Shown piece by piece: positions 9,496 through 19,363 of a stretch of 64,000 bases of DNA. The notes under the pieces are model-generated. The model was given only the letters and a program-made list of their open reading frames with translations, searched no databases and was not told where the DNA came from. A program made the position numbers and the translations under genes. Within the stretch, counting starts at the first letter, position 1. Every line of letters begins with the position of its first letter. The DNA is from an uncultured Candidatus Saccharibacteria bacterium (GTDB lineage Bacteria; Patescibacteriota; WWE3; UBA101185; 2-01-FULL-41-18): the NCBI GenBank assembly GCA_964636285.1, contig CAZWQF010000003.1, positions 5,226 through 69,225 on the forward strand. Reading direction: 5' to 3'.

Positions 9496-9777
9496 TCAAA
9501 AACGGAATCCAATCCGAGAAAGAATTCCTGTGACTACGCACCTTGGTTTTGTTGGTGTCTTCACAAACATGGCATCATGAGTTACTTTCTTAGCCATGGT
9601 TGTATACGCAGAGCTAGGAATTTCAACGGGGACACCATCCAGAGTGACCTCGCCCTCTGCAAAGCACAGCGTACCTGAAAAGCACTGCACACTAAACGTG
9701 CCTTCAGTAGCTGCCAGTTCCAGGATAGTGGATTGCACTGATCCAGGAAAATCACTTAAAGGTATAGAGTAGGACAT
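9496..9777 (-). CDS. hypothetical small protein, GC-rich, paralogous to 8983..9333
   Basis: RBS AGGAGGGAAAA upstream on the minus strand; similar to the adjacent ORF; GC-rich codons. Confidence 0.5.
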   Translation of the reverse strand: MSYSIPLSDFPGSVQSTILELAATEGTFSVQCFSGTLCFAEGEVTLDGVPVEIPSSAYTTMAKKVTHDAMFVKTPTKPRCVVTGILSRIGFRF

Positions 9778-9943
9778 TTTTCCCTCCTAGGACGTCCCAA
9801 TCAAAATCAGATTGTATGAATTTTACAAGATAACCTATAGTTATTCTGACTGATTTTTAATTATAAATATGTGAGGATTCTCACACTTTAAGCTCAAAAC
9901 TTTGGGGTTTGCCACAAACCTAACTAAGTCCATATAATCAGTT

Positions 9944-10915
9944 GTGGAAAATTTTTGGCAAAAGCTTGATAAACCATTCACAGTCTTAGCCCCGATGGAT
10001 GAGGTAACAGACGTAGTTTTCAGAGAAATTCTAAGAAAAGCATCAAAACCTGATGTCTTTTTCACAGAATTTACAAGTGTTGATGGCCTAGCATCTGTTG
10101 GTAGGGATAGGGTAATACAAAAATTAAGATATAACCAAAATCAAAGACCAATTGTGGCGCAAATCTGGGGCCACCGGCCTGAGAACTTTTGGAAAGCAGC
10201 AAAGACTGTCAGCGAACTGGGGTTTGATGGTGTTGATATAAACATGGGGTGCCCTGATAGAACAGTCGTTAAAAATAATGGGGGCTCCGCACTAATAAAT
10301 CAAAAAGAAACTGTTACGGAAATTGTTAAAGCAATCAGAGATGCAGCTCCAAATCTACCCGTCAGTATTAAAACTAGACTTGATACTACAGATGCCCTTA
10401 CTAACGAATGGATTGAGTTTGTCCTATCGCTCAAAGTCGAAGCGTTTACACTTCATGCAAGGACAGCAAAAGCCATGTCCACAGGATTTGCTGACTGGAG
10501 TAAGGTAAAGGAGGCGGTAAACATAAGAAGTGGCCTAGGCGTGGAAACAGTAATAATTGGAAATGGCGATGCCACAAGCTATAAAGATGTGGTTCAAAAA
10601 AGCAATACTTTTAACTGTGAAGGCGTAATGATAGGTAGGGGAGTATTTCAAAACCCGTGGGTGTTTGAAAAACACGATGTAAATGAGGTATGCCCTTCCC
10701 ATTCGTTGCATGAGCATCTACTTTTACTTGCTGAGCACATGAGAATGTTTCATGAGACCTGGGGAACACTAAAAAACTTTGAAATTATGAAGAAATTTGT
10801 CAAAGTATATGTCAAAAACTTTGATGGTGCAGACATTCTAAGAAAAGAATTTATGGCCTGCAGAACCTATCAGGAAGCAAAATTAGTGATTGATAAGGCA
10901 CTTTTAGATTATTAG
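9944..10915 (+). CDS. dus: tRNA-dihydrouridine synthase
   Basis: FTVLAPMDEVTD..., IVAQIWG, GFDGVDINMGCP and IGNGD are Dus-family motifs. Confidence 0.8.
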   Translation: MENFWQKLDKPFTVLAPMDEVTDVVFREILRKASKPDVFFTEFTSVDGLASVGRDRVIQKLRYNQNQRPIVAQIWGHRPENFWKAAKTVSELGFDGVDINMGCPDRTVVKNNGGSALINQKETVTEIVKAIRDAAPNLPVSIKTRLDTTDALTNEWIEFVLSLKVEAFTLHARTAKAMSTGFADWSKVKEAVNIRSGLGVETVIIGNGDATSYKDVVQKSNTFNCEGVMIGRGVFQNPWVFEKHDVNEVCPSHSLHEHLLLLAEHMRMFHETWGTLKNFEIMKKFVKVYVKNFDGADILRKEFMACRTYQEAKLVIDKALLDY

Positions 10916-11037
10916 TAATCCTATAGTGTTCTTGCTTTGTTGCAAAGAGTATGCTACAATCCCCGTTGAATAGTTGATAAGCATCTTGTTTTGAACTTCA
11001 TTACTTCTTAAGAGGGTGGTATCACATAAAAAAATAT

Positions 11038-12255
11038 ATGTTTAATAGAGGCACTACATTCAGAAAGCCTGCTAGGCAAAATTTTGGCAGGGGTAATAGA
11101 TTTTCAAGGCAGAACGGTAAGAAAAACACCGGTATGTCTCCTTTTGAGCTTGAAAAAGCAGTAATTGATTCAAAAAGGTTTGCTCCAAAAGTAGACGAAG
11201 TGGAAGAAATTGTAATTGACGGAAGCTTTTTAGACTTTGGTCTTGAACCCACAATCGTTAACAATATAAAAGAGAAAGGTTATTTAACTCCAACTCCAAT
11301 TCAAGAAAAAACTATCCCAACTATAATGGAAGGTAAGGACTTAATTGGAATTGCGAACACAGGAACGGGTAAGACAGCGGCATTTTTAATCCCATTGATT
11401 AATAAAGTAATTAAAGATAGAACTCAAAAGGTATTAATTATAACTCCAACAAGAGAGCTCGCTCTTCAAATTGAGGACGAATTAAAGACATTTGCAAAAG
11501 GCCTTAGAATTAACTCTGCACTTTGCATAGGTGGGGCAAGCATGTTTTATCAAAAAAGACAGCTTTACCAAAATCCAGCATTTGTAATTGGAACTCCAGG
11601 AAGAATCAAAGATCTTTCAAATCAAAGAGCCTTAAACCTTAAGCAGTTCAACAACGTAGTTCTTGATGAAACAGATAGAATGGTGGACATTGGGTTTATC
11701 AACGAAATTAAATTCTTCATTAGTTTATTGCCAGCATTAAGACAATCTTTATTTTTCTCTGCAACGGTTTCCTTAAAGGTAAAAGAGATAATTCAATCAT
11801 TTGTGCAAAATCCCGTTACGGTAAGCGTAAAACAAAAGGAAACATCTTCAAATGTAAATCAAGAATTGATAAAAGTTAAAAAACAGCAAAAAATTAGTGC
11901 GTTACATGATGTACTTATTAGCGAAAACGTCAAAAAAACACTCATATTTGGTAGAACAAAGCATGGTGTTGAGAAGCTAAGTAAAGAGTTGATTGAAAGA
12001 GGATTCAAAGCCGCCGCTATACACGGAGACAAGAGACAAAATCAGAGACAGAGCATTCTTTTCAAATTCAAAAAAGATGAGATCAACATTTTGCTTGCAA
12101 CTGATGTTGCTTCAAGAGGGCTTGACATAAACGATGTAACTCACGTTATTAACTATGATCTCCCAGAATCATATGAGGATTATGTTCATAGAATTGGCAG
12201 AACCGGAAGAGGATCAAAAACTGGTACAGCTTTAACATTCATTGAAATTGAATAA
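11038..12255 (+). CDS. DEAD-box ATP-dependent RNA helicase with an RG-rich N-terminus
   Basis: Q motif, Walker A ANTGTGKTAAF, motif II DETDRM, SAT, and motif VI HRIGRTGRG. Confidence 0.85.
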   Translation: MFNRGTTFRKPARQNFGRGNRFSRQNGKKNTGMSPFELEKAVIDSKRFAPKVDEVEEIVIDGSFLDFGLEPTIVNNIKEKGYLTPTPIQEKTIPTIMEGKDLIGIANTGTGKTAAFLIPLINKVIKDRTQKVLIITPTRELALQIEDELKTFAKGLRINSALCIGGASMFYQKRQLYQNPAFVIGTPGRIKDLSNQRALNLKQFNNVVLDETDRMVDIGFINEIKFFISLLPALRQSLFFSATVSLKVKEIIQSFVQNPVTVSVKQKETSSNVNQELIKVKKQQKISALHDVLISENVKKTLIFGRTKHGVEKLSKELIERGFKAAAIHGDKRQNQRQSILFKFKKDEINILLATDVASRGLDINDVTHVINYDLPESYEDYVHRIGRTGRGSKTGTALTFIEIE

Positions 12256-12260
12256 TTCTT

Positions 12261-13370
12261 TTACAGGTTTTCTTTAAAGAAGAGAATTGTGTTCTTCATT
12301 GCCTCCTCAAAATATGGAGATTCAATGTTGTGACCCCCTCCTTCATATTCGTGAAAGTCATATTTCTTACCTTGTACTTTAAGCTCACTTACCAAATCCC
12401 TTGAGTACCCAATATTTACAACAGAATCGTTTTTTGAGTGATGGATTTGTAGTGGGGCGTTTAGATATTGTAAATTCGAGGTTAAAGAAATCGAACTCCA
12501 AAAATCATTCTTCAAATCCACCTCTTGATTCGATCTTAATCTTTGAACTTCAGGAGATAGCTCTCTGTTTTCAGGCTTGGGCTGTTCATCCAGTGTTTGG
12601 GATGGGGAGGGTGTTGGTGATAGATCAGGCCTTCTAACATAACTTCCATCGTTTAGCCTATACTTTGCAAAGTCTTGGTAGCTGTATACTGCTCCAGCCC
12701 ATATCACCCCTGCCTTGACTTGATCTGACACCAACATAGCCCGCAGAACAAGATTCCCGGCCATACTGTGACCCCACATGCCTATTCTATTTGGATTGAC
12801 CTTATCAAACTTTTGAAGGCTACTTAAAGCGCTTAAGGCATCAATAGTATATGCGGAAGAAAAATACGAACCTGTTGCCTCACCTTGAGAATTCCCGTGA
12901 CCTCTCATATCAATTTTTAGAACTACAAATCCACTTCTGGCTAGAGAATCTACATACGCCAAGTATTTTTCTGTAGTGACATATTGAGACGGCGGGATAT
13001 ACCCATGATTAAATACTAATGCCGGAAACCCACCGATAGGAACTTCAGACTTAGGAACAGTTAAGAGTCCAAATACTTTATACCCTTGGCTCAAATAAGA
13101 GATTATATATCTACTATAGTTTGATCCGTCGTTTAGGGTGCTTTCAACTGTAAACAAAGGGGAGTCTAACTTCTGAGATCTTAGGTAATTAATGCTGATT
13201 GGGGACGTGTAAATATTCTGAGTATGCTGATAACTATTTGAATTCCTTAAATCAGCAGGTTCTGGCACTAATGCAATTTTTCCCCACATTTTTAACAACA
13301 GGGCATTTGTAAAGATTGCAAGGATTAAAATTAAGAAGCTAATAATGATAACCTTTCTATTGATAGACAT
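12261..13370 (-). CDS. membrane-anchored alpha/beta-hydrolase (S9 peptidase / esterase-like)
   Basis: N-terminal anchor; nucleophile elbow GHSMAG; downstream Asp and His (GGGHNIE). Confidence 0.6.
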   Translation of the reverse strand: MSINRKVIIISFLILILAIFTNALLLKMWGKIALVPEPADLRNSNSYQHTQNIYTSPISINYLRSQKLDSPLFTVESTLNDGSNYSRYIISYLSQGYKVFGLLTVPKSEVPIGGFPALVFNHGYIPPSQYVTTEKYLAYVDSLARSGFVVLKIDMRGHGNSQGEATGSYFSSAYTIDALSALSSLQKFDKVNPNRIGMWGHSMAGNLVLRAMLVSDQVKAGVIWAGAVYSYQDFAKYRLNDGSYVRRPDLSPTPSPSQTLDEQPKPENRELSPEVQRLRSNQEVDLKNDFWSSISLTSNLQYLNAPLQIHHSKNDSVVNIGYSRDLVSELKVQGKKYDFHEYEGGGHNIESPYFEEAMKNTILFFKENL

Positions 13371-13502
13371 CTATATATTATAAGGTAAATATGAATCATC
13401 TGAAAGTTCAGGTATTTAAGTTGATGTATGCATATTCAAAAATTGCGGACTCCAGAGGTTAAAGTGGATAACATACATACAAGCTGATAGAATTTAAGTC
13501 TA

Positions 13503-14567
13503 ATGCGTAAGTTTTTTGAGACATTTAGGCTTAATTTAGGTATTAATAGAATACTACTTATTGAGATTACTCTGTTAATTCTTGTAATTTTCCTTGCCAG
13601 CGTAGTCCGAACAGCAAACTACAAACAAACATGGGAGTTTGAAAGAAGTGACCTTTTCTACGAATATAGCTCTTCGATTGAAACTGGGGCTGGATATAAC
13701 CCATACAAGAAGATACTTGATGGAGATCTTTTAATAAACAGAAAATATGCAACACTTTTTCCTCTGTACTATTTCTTTTTATTTGGCATTACAATTTACT
13801 CAAATTTCAACTTTGAAAAGTTCCTATTTAACTACAGAGAGATATTATTTATAGCTCAAATAATTGGGGCTTTTTTCATTTATTTAATATTCAGAAGAGA
13901 AAATAAAAAATTTGTGGGATTTATTGCAGCAACTTTTTTTATTTTTAATAGGTGGTCAATTAATGTTCTTAGTGATGGAAAACAAGATTTTCTTGCTTTA
14001 GCCTTCTTACTTGGATCTCTTTACTTTTTTAGGTCCAGATCAAAAATTTCTTATTTTCTTTATGGGATATCATTAGGAATGAAACATTTAGGAATTTTTA
14101 TACTTCCGCTTTACTTAGTCCCATTATTCTTTGAGAAAAAGCTTAAGAAAGAATCAATAATTAATTTGGCTTTATTAGGAGCTCCAATTTTAATCCCCTC
14201 CGTTTACTACATGTTTGATAACTTTAAATCCTTTGCCTATTCTATGGCTTTTTCATTCACAAGGAAAAGTGCTACTACAAGCATCCCTTCTGGGTATGAA
14301 AAACTTTTGATTTTGTATAATGTTGGTGTTAAAAATAACACTGTATTTTTTTACATGATACCAAGGCTACCCTTAGTAATTTTCTATTTTTTAAATGTTG
14401 CTGGATTATTTTTTAAAAAGCTTACTCCTTCGCAATATTTACTTGGAACTTTCTTTATATTTGTTGCGTTCAACCCAGTATTATTTGATCAGTATATTAC
14501 ATGGATAACACCGTTTGTATTCATGTCTTTTGCAAAAATTGATAATTTTAAGGAATTTTCAAAATGA
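13503..14567 (+). CDS. polytopic membrane protein, GT-C-like (putative glycosyltransferase)
   Basis: About 10 predicted transmembrane helices with loop architecture like DUF2029/PMT-type GT-C proteins. No catalytic motif was verified. Confidence 0.4.
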   Translation: MRKFFETFRLNLGINRILLIEITLLILVIFLASVVRTANYKQTWEFERSDLFYEYSSSIETGAGYNPYKKILDGDLLINRKYATLFPLYYFFLFGITIYSNFNFEKFLFNYREILFIAQIIGAFFIYLIFRRENKKFVGFIAATFFIFNRWSINVLSDGKQDFLALAFLLGSLYFFRSRSKISYFLYGISLGMKHLGIFILPLYLVPLFFEKKLKKESIINLALLGAPILIPSVYYMFDNFKSFAYSMAFSFTRKSATTSIPSGYEKLLILYNVGVKNNTVFFYMIPRLPLVIFYFLNVAGLFFKKLTPSQYLLGTFFIFVAFNPVLFDQYITWITPFVFMSFAKIDNFKEFSK

Positions 14568-15187
14568 GAAATCTTATTTTAGTATCTACCGTAAAGGGAA
14601 ATGTTAGATTAATTATTGATCACATAGAAGGGGATCATAGAACAAAAAAACTTTTGTTTATTCCAACTGCTTCTGAGCCTGAGGTTGGCTACAAGGGATG
14701 GGTAGATGACGAAAGACACGCTTTTGAATCTGAAGGATTTACCGTAACTCACTTTTCATTAACTGATAAAACTGAGGATGAGGTTAAGCAAGCAGTGGAG
14801 AGCTCTGACATTGTATTTGTAGGAGGCGGAAACCCTTTTTATCTACTCAGTAAAGTTCAGCAAACCAATTTTAAAGAATATATCAGAAAGCATGTTGAAC
14901 TTGGAAAACTTTATATAGGAGCAAGTTCTGGCGCCCTTGTAGCTGGGCCTGATTTAGAACCAGCAAAAAGAGATGATGCACTTTCTAGAGCTCCAAAGCT
15001 TCAAGATTACACTGGAATTGGACTTGTAGATTTTATTGTTTTCCCACATTGGGGTAGCATTATAAGTAGAGACCTATACCTGCATCATAGAATGGAACTT
15101 GCGTATTCAACAAAATATAAGATTATACTGCTAACAGATAGTCAGGCTCTTGTAGTAAAAGGGGATTGGTATCACATACTGGACTAA
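14564..15187 (+). CDS. peptidase S51 family (dipeptidase E / cyanophycinase-like)
   Basis: LLFIPTASEPE, FVGGGNPFYLL and nucleophile context IGASSGALVAG. Confidence 0.7.
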   Translation: MRNLILVSTVKGNVRLIIDHIEGDHRTKKLLFIPTASEPEVGYKGWVDDERHAFESEGFTVTHFSLTDKTEDEVKQAVESSDIVFVGGGNPFYLLSKVQQTNFKEYIRKHVELGKLYIGASSGALVAGPDLEPAKRDDALSRAPKLQDYTGIGLVDFIVFPHWGSIISRDLYLHHRMELAYSTKYKIILLTDSQALVVKGDWYHILD

Positions 15188-16025
15188 CATCAGAGTAAGC
15201 TTCCTGGTCAACATACTCAGAAACATACATTTTAAATAAATCTTTAAGTTCAACGCGTGTTTCTAATACAGGCTGTGGGATAGAATCAATTACTTGATCG
15301 AGTGTTGTTGCTGTTGCCAGGTTTTCTCTAAGCTCCTTAAGTCTGTGCGAATTTCCAGTCCCATCCCATTTAATGAACTGGGTCCAGAACCAGTAAAACT
15401 CGGTCTTTTTAGGACTTCTTACTGCATTTTCAGTAAATAGATTTGCATAGGAAGGAATATTTTGTAGCCAAGTACAACTGAAAATCCTTTCAACCCCTTG
15501 AAATTCATCTGGATTGTTGTAGATGTAATTGACCATCTCGCTAAATTCATGATTTCTCATAGGCATAAATGCTGACGAAAGATCAGAGACTCTGAATTTT
15601 GCGTCTGCAGATTCCAAGCCAAGCTTCAATGGAGTGAAATGAACTCTAACCTCACCTCTATTTAAGTAAAAATCCGAAGTATTGAGCTTAAAACATCCAA
15701 ATTTGTACTTTTCTGGAGAAAAGACATTGTACTCATCAAGTGGTATAGACAAATATAGTTTCCAAATTCGATTTAAAAGTTCATTATAGTCATCTTTATA
15801 AAGTGTAAGGTATGTATCTAATTTTGAGAGAACTTCCTTAACCCAAGCTGGTCCAGAATTTATATACATATTGTTGGATAAAGTTCCGTAAAGATCAGTG
15901 TAATTACAAAATGATTCAAACACATTCAGTTCAGTATTTTTATGCACAGCAAGACCAAACTCTAATTGAGCCTCAATATATTCGATTGGATATTTAGGTT
16001 TAAAAAAAGATTTACTCTTTTTCAT
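15123..16025 (-). CDS. hypothetical protein
   Basis: 300-aa ORF with no recognisable motif. Its 3' end overlaps 14564..15187 convergently by 65 nt. Confidence 0.45.
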   Translation of the reverse strand: MKKSKSFFKPKYPIEYIEAQLEFGLAVHKNTELNVFESFCNYTDLYGTLSNNMYINSGPAWVKEVLSKLDTYLTLYKDDYNELLNRIWKLYLSIPLDEYNVFSPEKYKFGCFKLNTSDFYLNRGEVRVHFTPLKLGLESADAKFRVSDLSSAFMPMRNHEFSEMVNYIYNNPDEFQGVERIFSCTWLQNIPSYANLFTENAVRSPKKTEFYWFWTQFIKWDGTGNSHRLKELRENLATATTLDQVIDSIPQPVLETRVELKDLFKMYVSEYVDQEAYSDVSPVCDTNPLLLQEPDYLLAV

Positions 16026-16154
16026 TGACTCGCCTTAAATTGTAATACTGAAAATTTCAAAGTGAATTAGCTAATATAAATTGCAAATACCACGTTTGAA
16101 GCGTTCAATTTAACATAAATAATAATGAGTGGCAAATAATACTGCAATAACCAG

Positions 16155-16182
16155 TTGACATTGTATTAGCATTTGCTAATAT
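16155..16182 (+). promoter_or_regulatory. sigma70-like promoter (TTGACA-16 nt-TAATAT) containing a perfect 8-2-8 palindrome TATTAGCA-TT-TGCTAATA (16164-16181); putative ArsR operator
   Basis: The -35 TTGACA is at 16155-16160 and the -10 TAATAT at 16177-16182, seven nt before the arsR ATG, so the transcript would be leaderless. The palindrome fills the spacer. Confidence 0.45.
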
Positions 16183-16188
16183 ATACAA

Positions 16189-16455
16189 ATGCGTAACGAC
16201 ATATATTCAGCGATAGGGAATGCCATCAGGGCAAAACTAATTATTTGCCTATCTAACTCTCCAAAAAATGTAACTGAACTTATTGATAACTGCGGGCTGT
16301 CACAATCTGCAGTTTCCCAACATTTAAATAAACTTAAAAAAGCAAAGCTCATAAAGTCGGAGAAGTCAGGTAAACAGGTTTATTATTCAGTGCTAAATAA
16401 TAAGACAAGTGACGCATGTGAGTTAATGGTTTCAATTGAAAGGGAAATTAAATGA
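16189..16455 (+). CDS. ArsR/SmtB family transcriptional regulator
   Basis: wHTH VTELIDNCGLSQSAVSQHLNKLKKAKLI ... YYSV. Confidence 0.75.
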   Translation: MRNDIYSAIGNAIRAKLIICLSNSPKNVTELIDNCGLSQSAVSQHLNKLKKAKLIKSEKSGKQVYYSVLNNKTSDACELMVSIEREIK

Positions 16456-17069
16456 AATTTGCAAATTTCAGAAAAAGTCTATTAAGTTTAACCAAGGTTG
16501 TTGACAATCTTAAGGCAAATGCTAAGGAACATAAGATTGAAGTAGTATCAGAAAATACCATTGGAAAAACTACTATGTTTGGTATTCAAAATAAGGCATG
16601 GCATGAGAGCGTTTTAAAACATGACAAGAACCTAATAGGTTTTATACCAAACCAAATTTACATAACAGAAGTTCAAGACGGTTCCGAAGTAGGGTTCTCA
16701 AGTGCTTTAGTTATGAGCAGTGTTACGCATAATCCTGAAATAGCTAAACTAGCTGAAGATATAAACAGCAGCATTTTGGCACTAGTAATGAAAAGTGCTG
16801 AGCTTACAGAGCTTAAAGTTGCGAACGTAAAATTATTCTCAACTATGTCATGCCCATACTGCAAAATGGAAGCCAAGTGGTTAGAGGAAAAAGGTATAAA
16901 GTTTGTTGATATACATGTTGATCTTAATCAACAAGAAGCCGAAAGGATGGTTCAAAGAACGGGGCAGATGGGAGTTCCGGTGACTGAAGTTGAGTACGAT
17001 AACGGAGAGTATGAATACATAATAGGTTTTGATAAATCTAGACTGTCACAAGTATTAAGTATTAAATAA
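16452..17069 (+). CDS. glutaredoxin/NrdH-like domain protein (CPYC) with an unknown N-terminal domain
   Basis: MSCPYCKMEAKWLEEKGIKF...GVPV is a glutaredoxin-fold CxxC motif. Its start overlaps the arsR stop. Confidence 0.6.
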   Translation: MKFANFRKSLLSLTKVVDNLKANAKEHKIEVVSENTIGKTTMFGIQNKAWHESVLKHDKNLIGFIPNQIYITEVQDGSEVGFSSALVMSSVTHNPEIAKLAEDINSSILALVMKSAELTELKVANVKLFSTMSCPYCKMEAKWLEEKGIKFVDIHVDLNQQEAERMVQRTGQMGVPVTEVEYDNGEYEYIIGFDKSRLSQVLSIK

Positions 17070-17071
17070 AT

Positions 17072-17515
17072 ATGATAGAAAATTTAACCACAAAACACTA
17101 CATTATTCTTGTATCTATTGCGGCACTAATTGGTTTAATATTTGCTATGTCTCAAATAAATTCGAGTGCCCAGGGTTCTATAAATGAAGACAAAACCTTA
17201 GAGGTTTCATTTAGGTCAGTGGGGCCTCATGAATTTAAAAAACTTATAGAATCCAAAAACAGCAAATTGATTGACGTGAGAACAAAAGAGGAATACCTGC
17301 AAGGACATATTTCTGGTGCTTCACAGGTTGATTACTACAACTCATCTGAGTTTAATAAGTTTCTAAACTCGCAAAATAAAGATGAGGCATACATAATTTA
17401 TTGCAGGTCTGGAAACAGAACAGCTCAAACAATAGAAAAAATGAGAGAACTAGGGTTTAAGAATGTAACAGAATTAAAGGGAGGCTATAACGCTTGGAAG
17501 TCAGCTGGCTTTTAA
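17072..17515 (+). CDS. rhodanese-domain sulfurtransferase (membrane-anchored)
   Basis: N-terminal transmembrane helix; active-site loop YCRSGNRT. Confidence 0.75.
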   Translation: MIENLTTKHYIILVSIAALIGLIFAMSQINSSAQGSINEDKTLEVSFRSVGPHEFKKLIESKNSKLIDVRTKEEYLQGHISGASQVDYYNSSEFNKFLNSQNKDEAYIIYCRSGNRTAQTIEKMRELGFKNVTELKGGYNAWKSAGF

Positions 17516-17521
17516 TTTGAA

Positions 17522-18646
17522 TCATTCCTGTTGAAATGAGCCCACAGCTCTACATAGTGAGGAGAATCCTTTTTTTTCAAGTAGATCTTTGAGCCCAGAG
17601 TTAATCTCGGAGATAAGTTGAGGGCCGTTGTAAACCATTCCAGTTATCAACTGAACCAATGAGGCACCCCTTTGTATCTTTTCAAAAGCATCTTCCGCAG
17701 AAAATACACCTCCACACCCAATTACAATAAATCTATCTTTGTAGTGCCTATAGGTAAGCGATATCAATTCGTTAGATCTATCAAATGTAGGTTTTCCGCT
17801 AAAGTTTCCTTTGCCACACTCCTGAACTTCTTTCTTATTTAAGCTTTCATGACTTCTGTTTTTTTGAAGATTTCCAAAAATCACACCTTTTGGAAAATAT
17901 TCAGATATAACCTCAAGCATCTCTAAAACCTCAGCATCTGACTTTTCAATTGGCATCTTTACAAAGATTGGTTTAGTGGTTCGCAATTTATCAACTGCTA
18001 TTAAAAGTTTTCTGAGATTTTCTTTTGGATAAAATGAAACATCTCCAAAAAGGTTTGGACAGCTGATATTTAATTCGTAATAAGAGATGTTTATTTTTGA
18101 TTTCTCAAATTTTGCAAAGCAACAAACAATATCTGCAATGCTATCCTCAAGTGACATTTGGTAAGGAACATTAGTTCTTCCAATACTTACACCAATAGGA
18201 ATTTCAAAACTTTGCCCACTTAACTTTTGGATAATCTCTTCTGAACCTGGATTCTTAAACCCTTTATTTACTAAAAGAGCCTGTGACTTTGGAAGTCTTT
18301 TTAGCCTGGGTTTTTGATTTCCTTCACAGTAAAGATTTGAAATTGTACCAATAGTTTGAAACCCAAAGCCCAATGGGGCGAGTACTTTTGTCAGCCTTGC
18401 TTCGTAATCAAAACCTGCAGCAAGTCCTATTGGCCCATCAAAGCTCAAACCAACCAATTCTTGCCTTAAGTAAGGATTTTTTTTGTTAAACGAATGAGCC
18501 AGTAGAGATCTTAAGATTGAGATATTTCCTAAAAATTCTCCTAACCTAAATGCGTTAACGTGTACAAATTCAGGATCCATTAAAAATAGAAACGGCTTGA
18601 TAACACTGGAGTATAAAGATTTGGATACTAAAGCGGGCAGGCTCAT
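17522..18646 (-). CDS. pyrD: dihydroorotate dehydrogenase, class 2 (quinone-dependent)-like
   Basis: LVGLSFDGPIGLAAGFD, NKGFKNPG, and the C-terminal IGCGGVFSAEDAFEKIQRGASLVQLITGMVY. Confidence 0.7.
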   Translation of the reverse strand: MSLPALVSKSLYSSVIKPFLFLMDPEFVHVNAFRLGEFLGNISILRSLLAHSFNKKNPYLRQELVGLSFDGPIGLAAGFDYEARLTKVLAPLGFGFQTIGTISNLYCEGNQKPRLKRLPKSQALLVNKGFKNPGSEEIIQKLSGQSFEIPIGVSIGRTNVPYQMSLEDSIADIVCCFAKFEKSKINISYYELNISCPNLFGDVSFYPKENLRKLLIAVDKLRTTKPIFVKMPIEKSDAEVLEMLEVISEYFPKGVIFGNLQKNRSHESLNKKEVQECGKGNFSGKPTFDRSNELISLTYRHYKDRFIVIGCGGVFSAEDAFEKIQRGASLVQLITGMVYNGPQLISEINSGLKDLLEKKGFSSLCRAVGSFQQE

Positions 18647-18652
18647 AAACTT

Positions 18653-19312
18653 TTAGCTTGCCGACTCAACAACATCCCTAAGCTTTTCAATGTCGTTAAC
18701 AATCAACACCCTTTTATTGTATTCGATCACATTTTGGTTGCTTAATTTTTTAAGCTCCAGACTAACTGTCTCTCTTGTCAAACCAAGCATACCTGCAATG
18801 GCTTGTTGTGAAGGCGTGTAATTTAATAGCACTCTAGCACTATCCTTTTTTCTAAGCGTTGCTCTTTCAGCAAGTCTTAAGACAAGCGCAGCAACTTTAT
18901 TGTAGGCTTTGCCTGAGGAAATCAGTTCATAACCAGTCAAAAGCTCAATAAAACCAGAAGAAACGTTTTTGAACAGCTCAAGCATTACATCTTGATTCTC
19001 CTTTAAGTAATCAAAAACATCATTTTTTGGTGCATCCCAAAGCTCAACATCAGTAACTGCTTCAAAGAAGTACATGCTATTTGCATTTGTTAGTGCAAAA
19101 ATCAAAGTGAAGTAAAGACCTGGCTTGAGAATATCAATTGTCATCTCGTTACCACTTTTATCTATTTTATACAGTTTAATATATCCGGATTTTACAAAAG
19201 ATACTTTATCTATAGGCTGTCCAGGATGATGAATTAAAGCACCTTTCTTAAAACATAATAATGGGTATTTTGTGAAGAAACCGTTTAATTTTGTTTGTAT
19301 TTGTAATTCCAT
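18653..19312 (-). CDS. Crp/Fnr family transcriptional regulator
   Basis: cNMP-binding beta-roll followed by the C-terminal HTH GLTRETVSLELKKL. Confidence 0.8.
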   Translation of the reverse strand: MELQIQTKLNGFFTKYPLLCFKKGALIHHPGQPIDKVSFVKSGYIKLYKIDKSGNEMTIDILKPGLYFTLIFALTNANSMYFFEAVTDVELWDAPKNDVFDYLKENQDVMLELFKNVSSGFIELLTGYELISSGKAYNKVAALVLRLAERATLRKKDSARVLLNYTPSQQAIAGMLGLTRETVSLELKKLSNQNVIEYNKRVLIVNDIEKLRDVVESAS

Positions 19313-19363
19313 GTGCTAATTATACCCCTGTACTATAGGGCGTCAATCAAGAAAACCTCATTT

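Noticed and set aside
14564-16025. 65-nt convergent overlap between the S51 peptidase gene and the 300-aa minus-strand ORF as a sign of misannotation
   Set aside because: Both ORFs are long with plausible ends, and short convergent overlaps are common in compact genomes. I left both as called.
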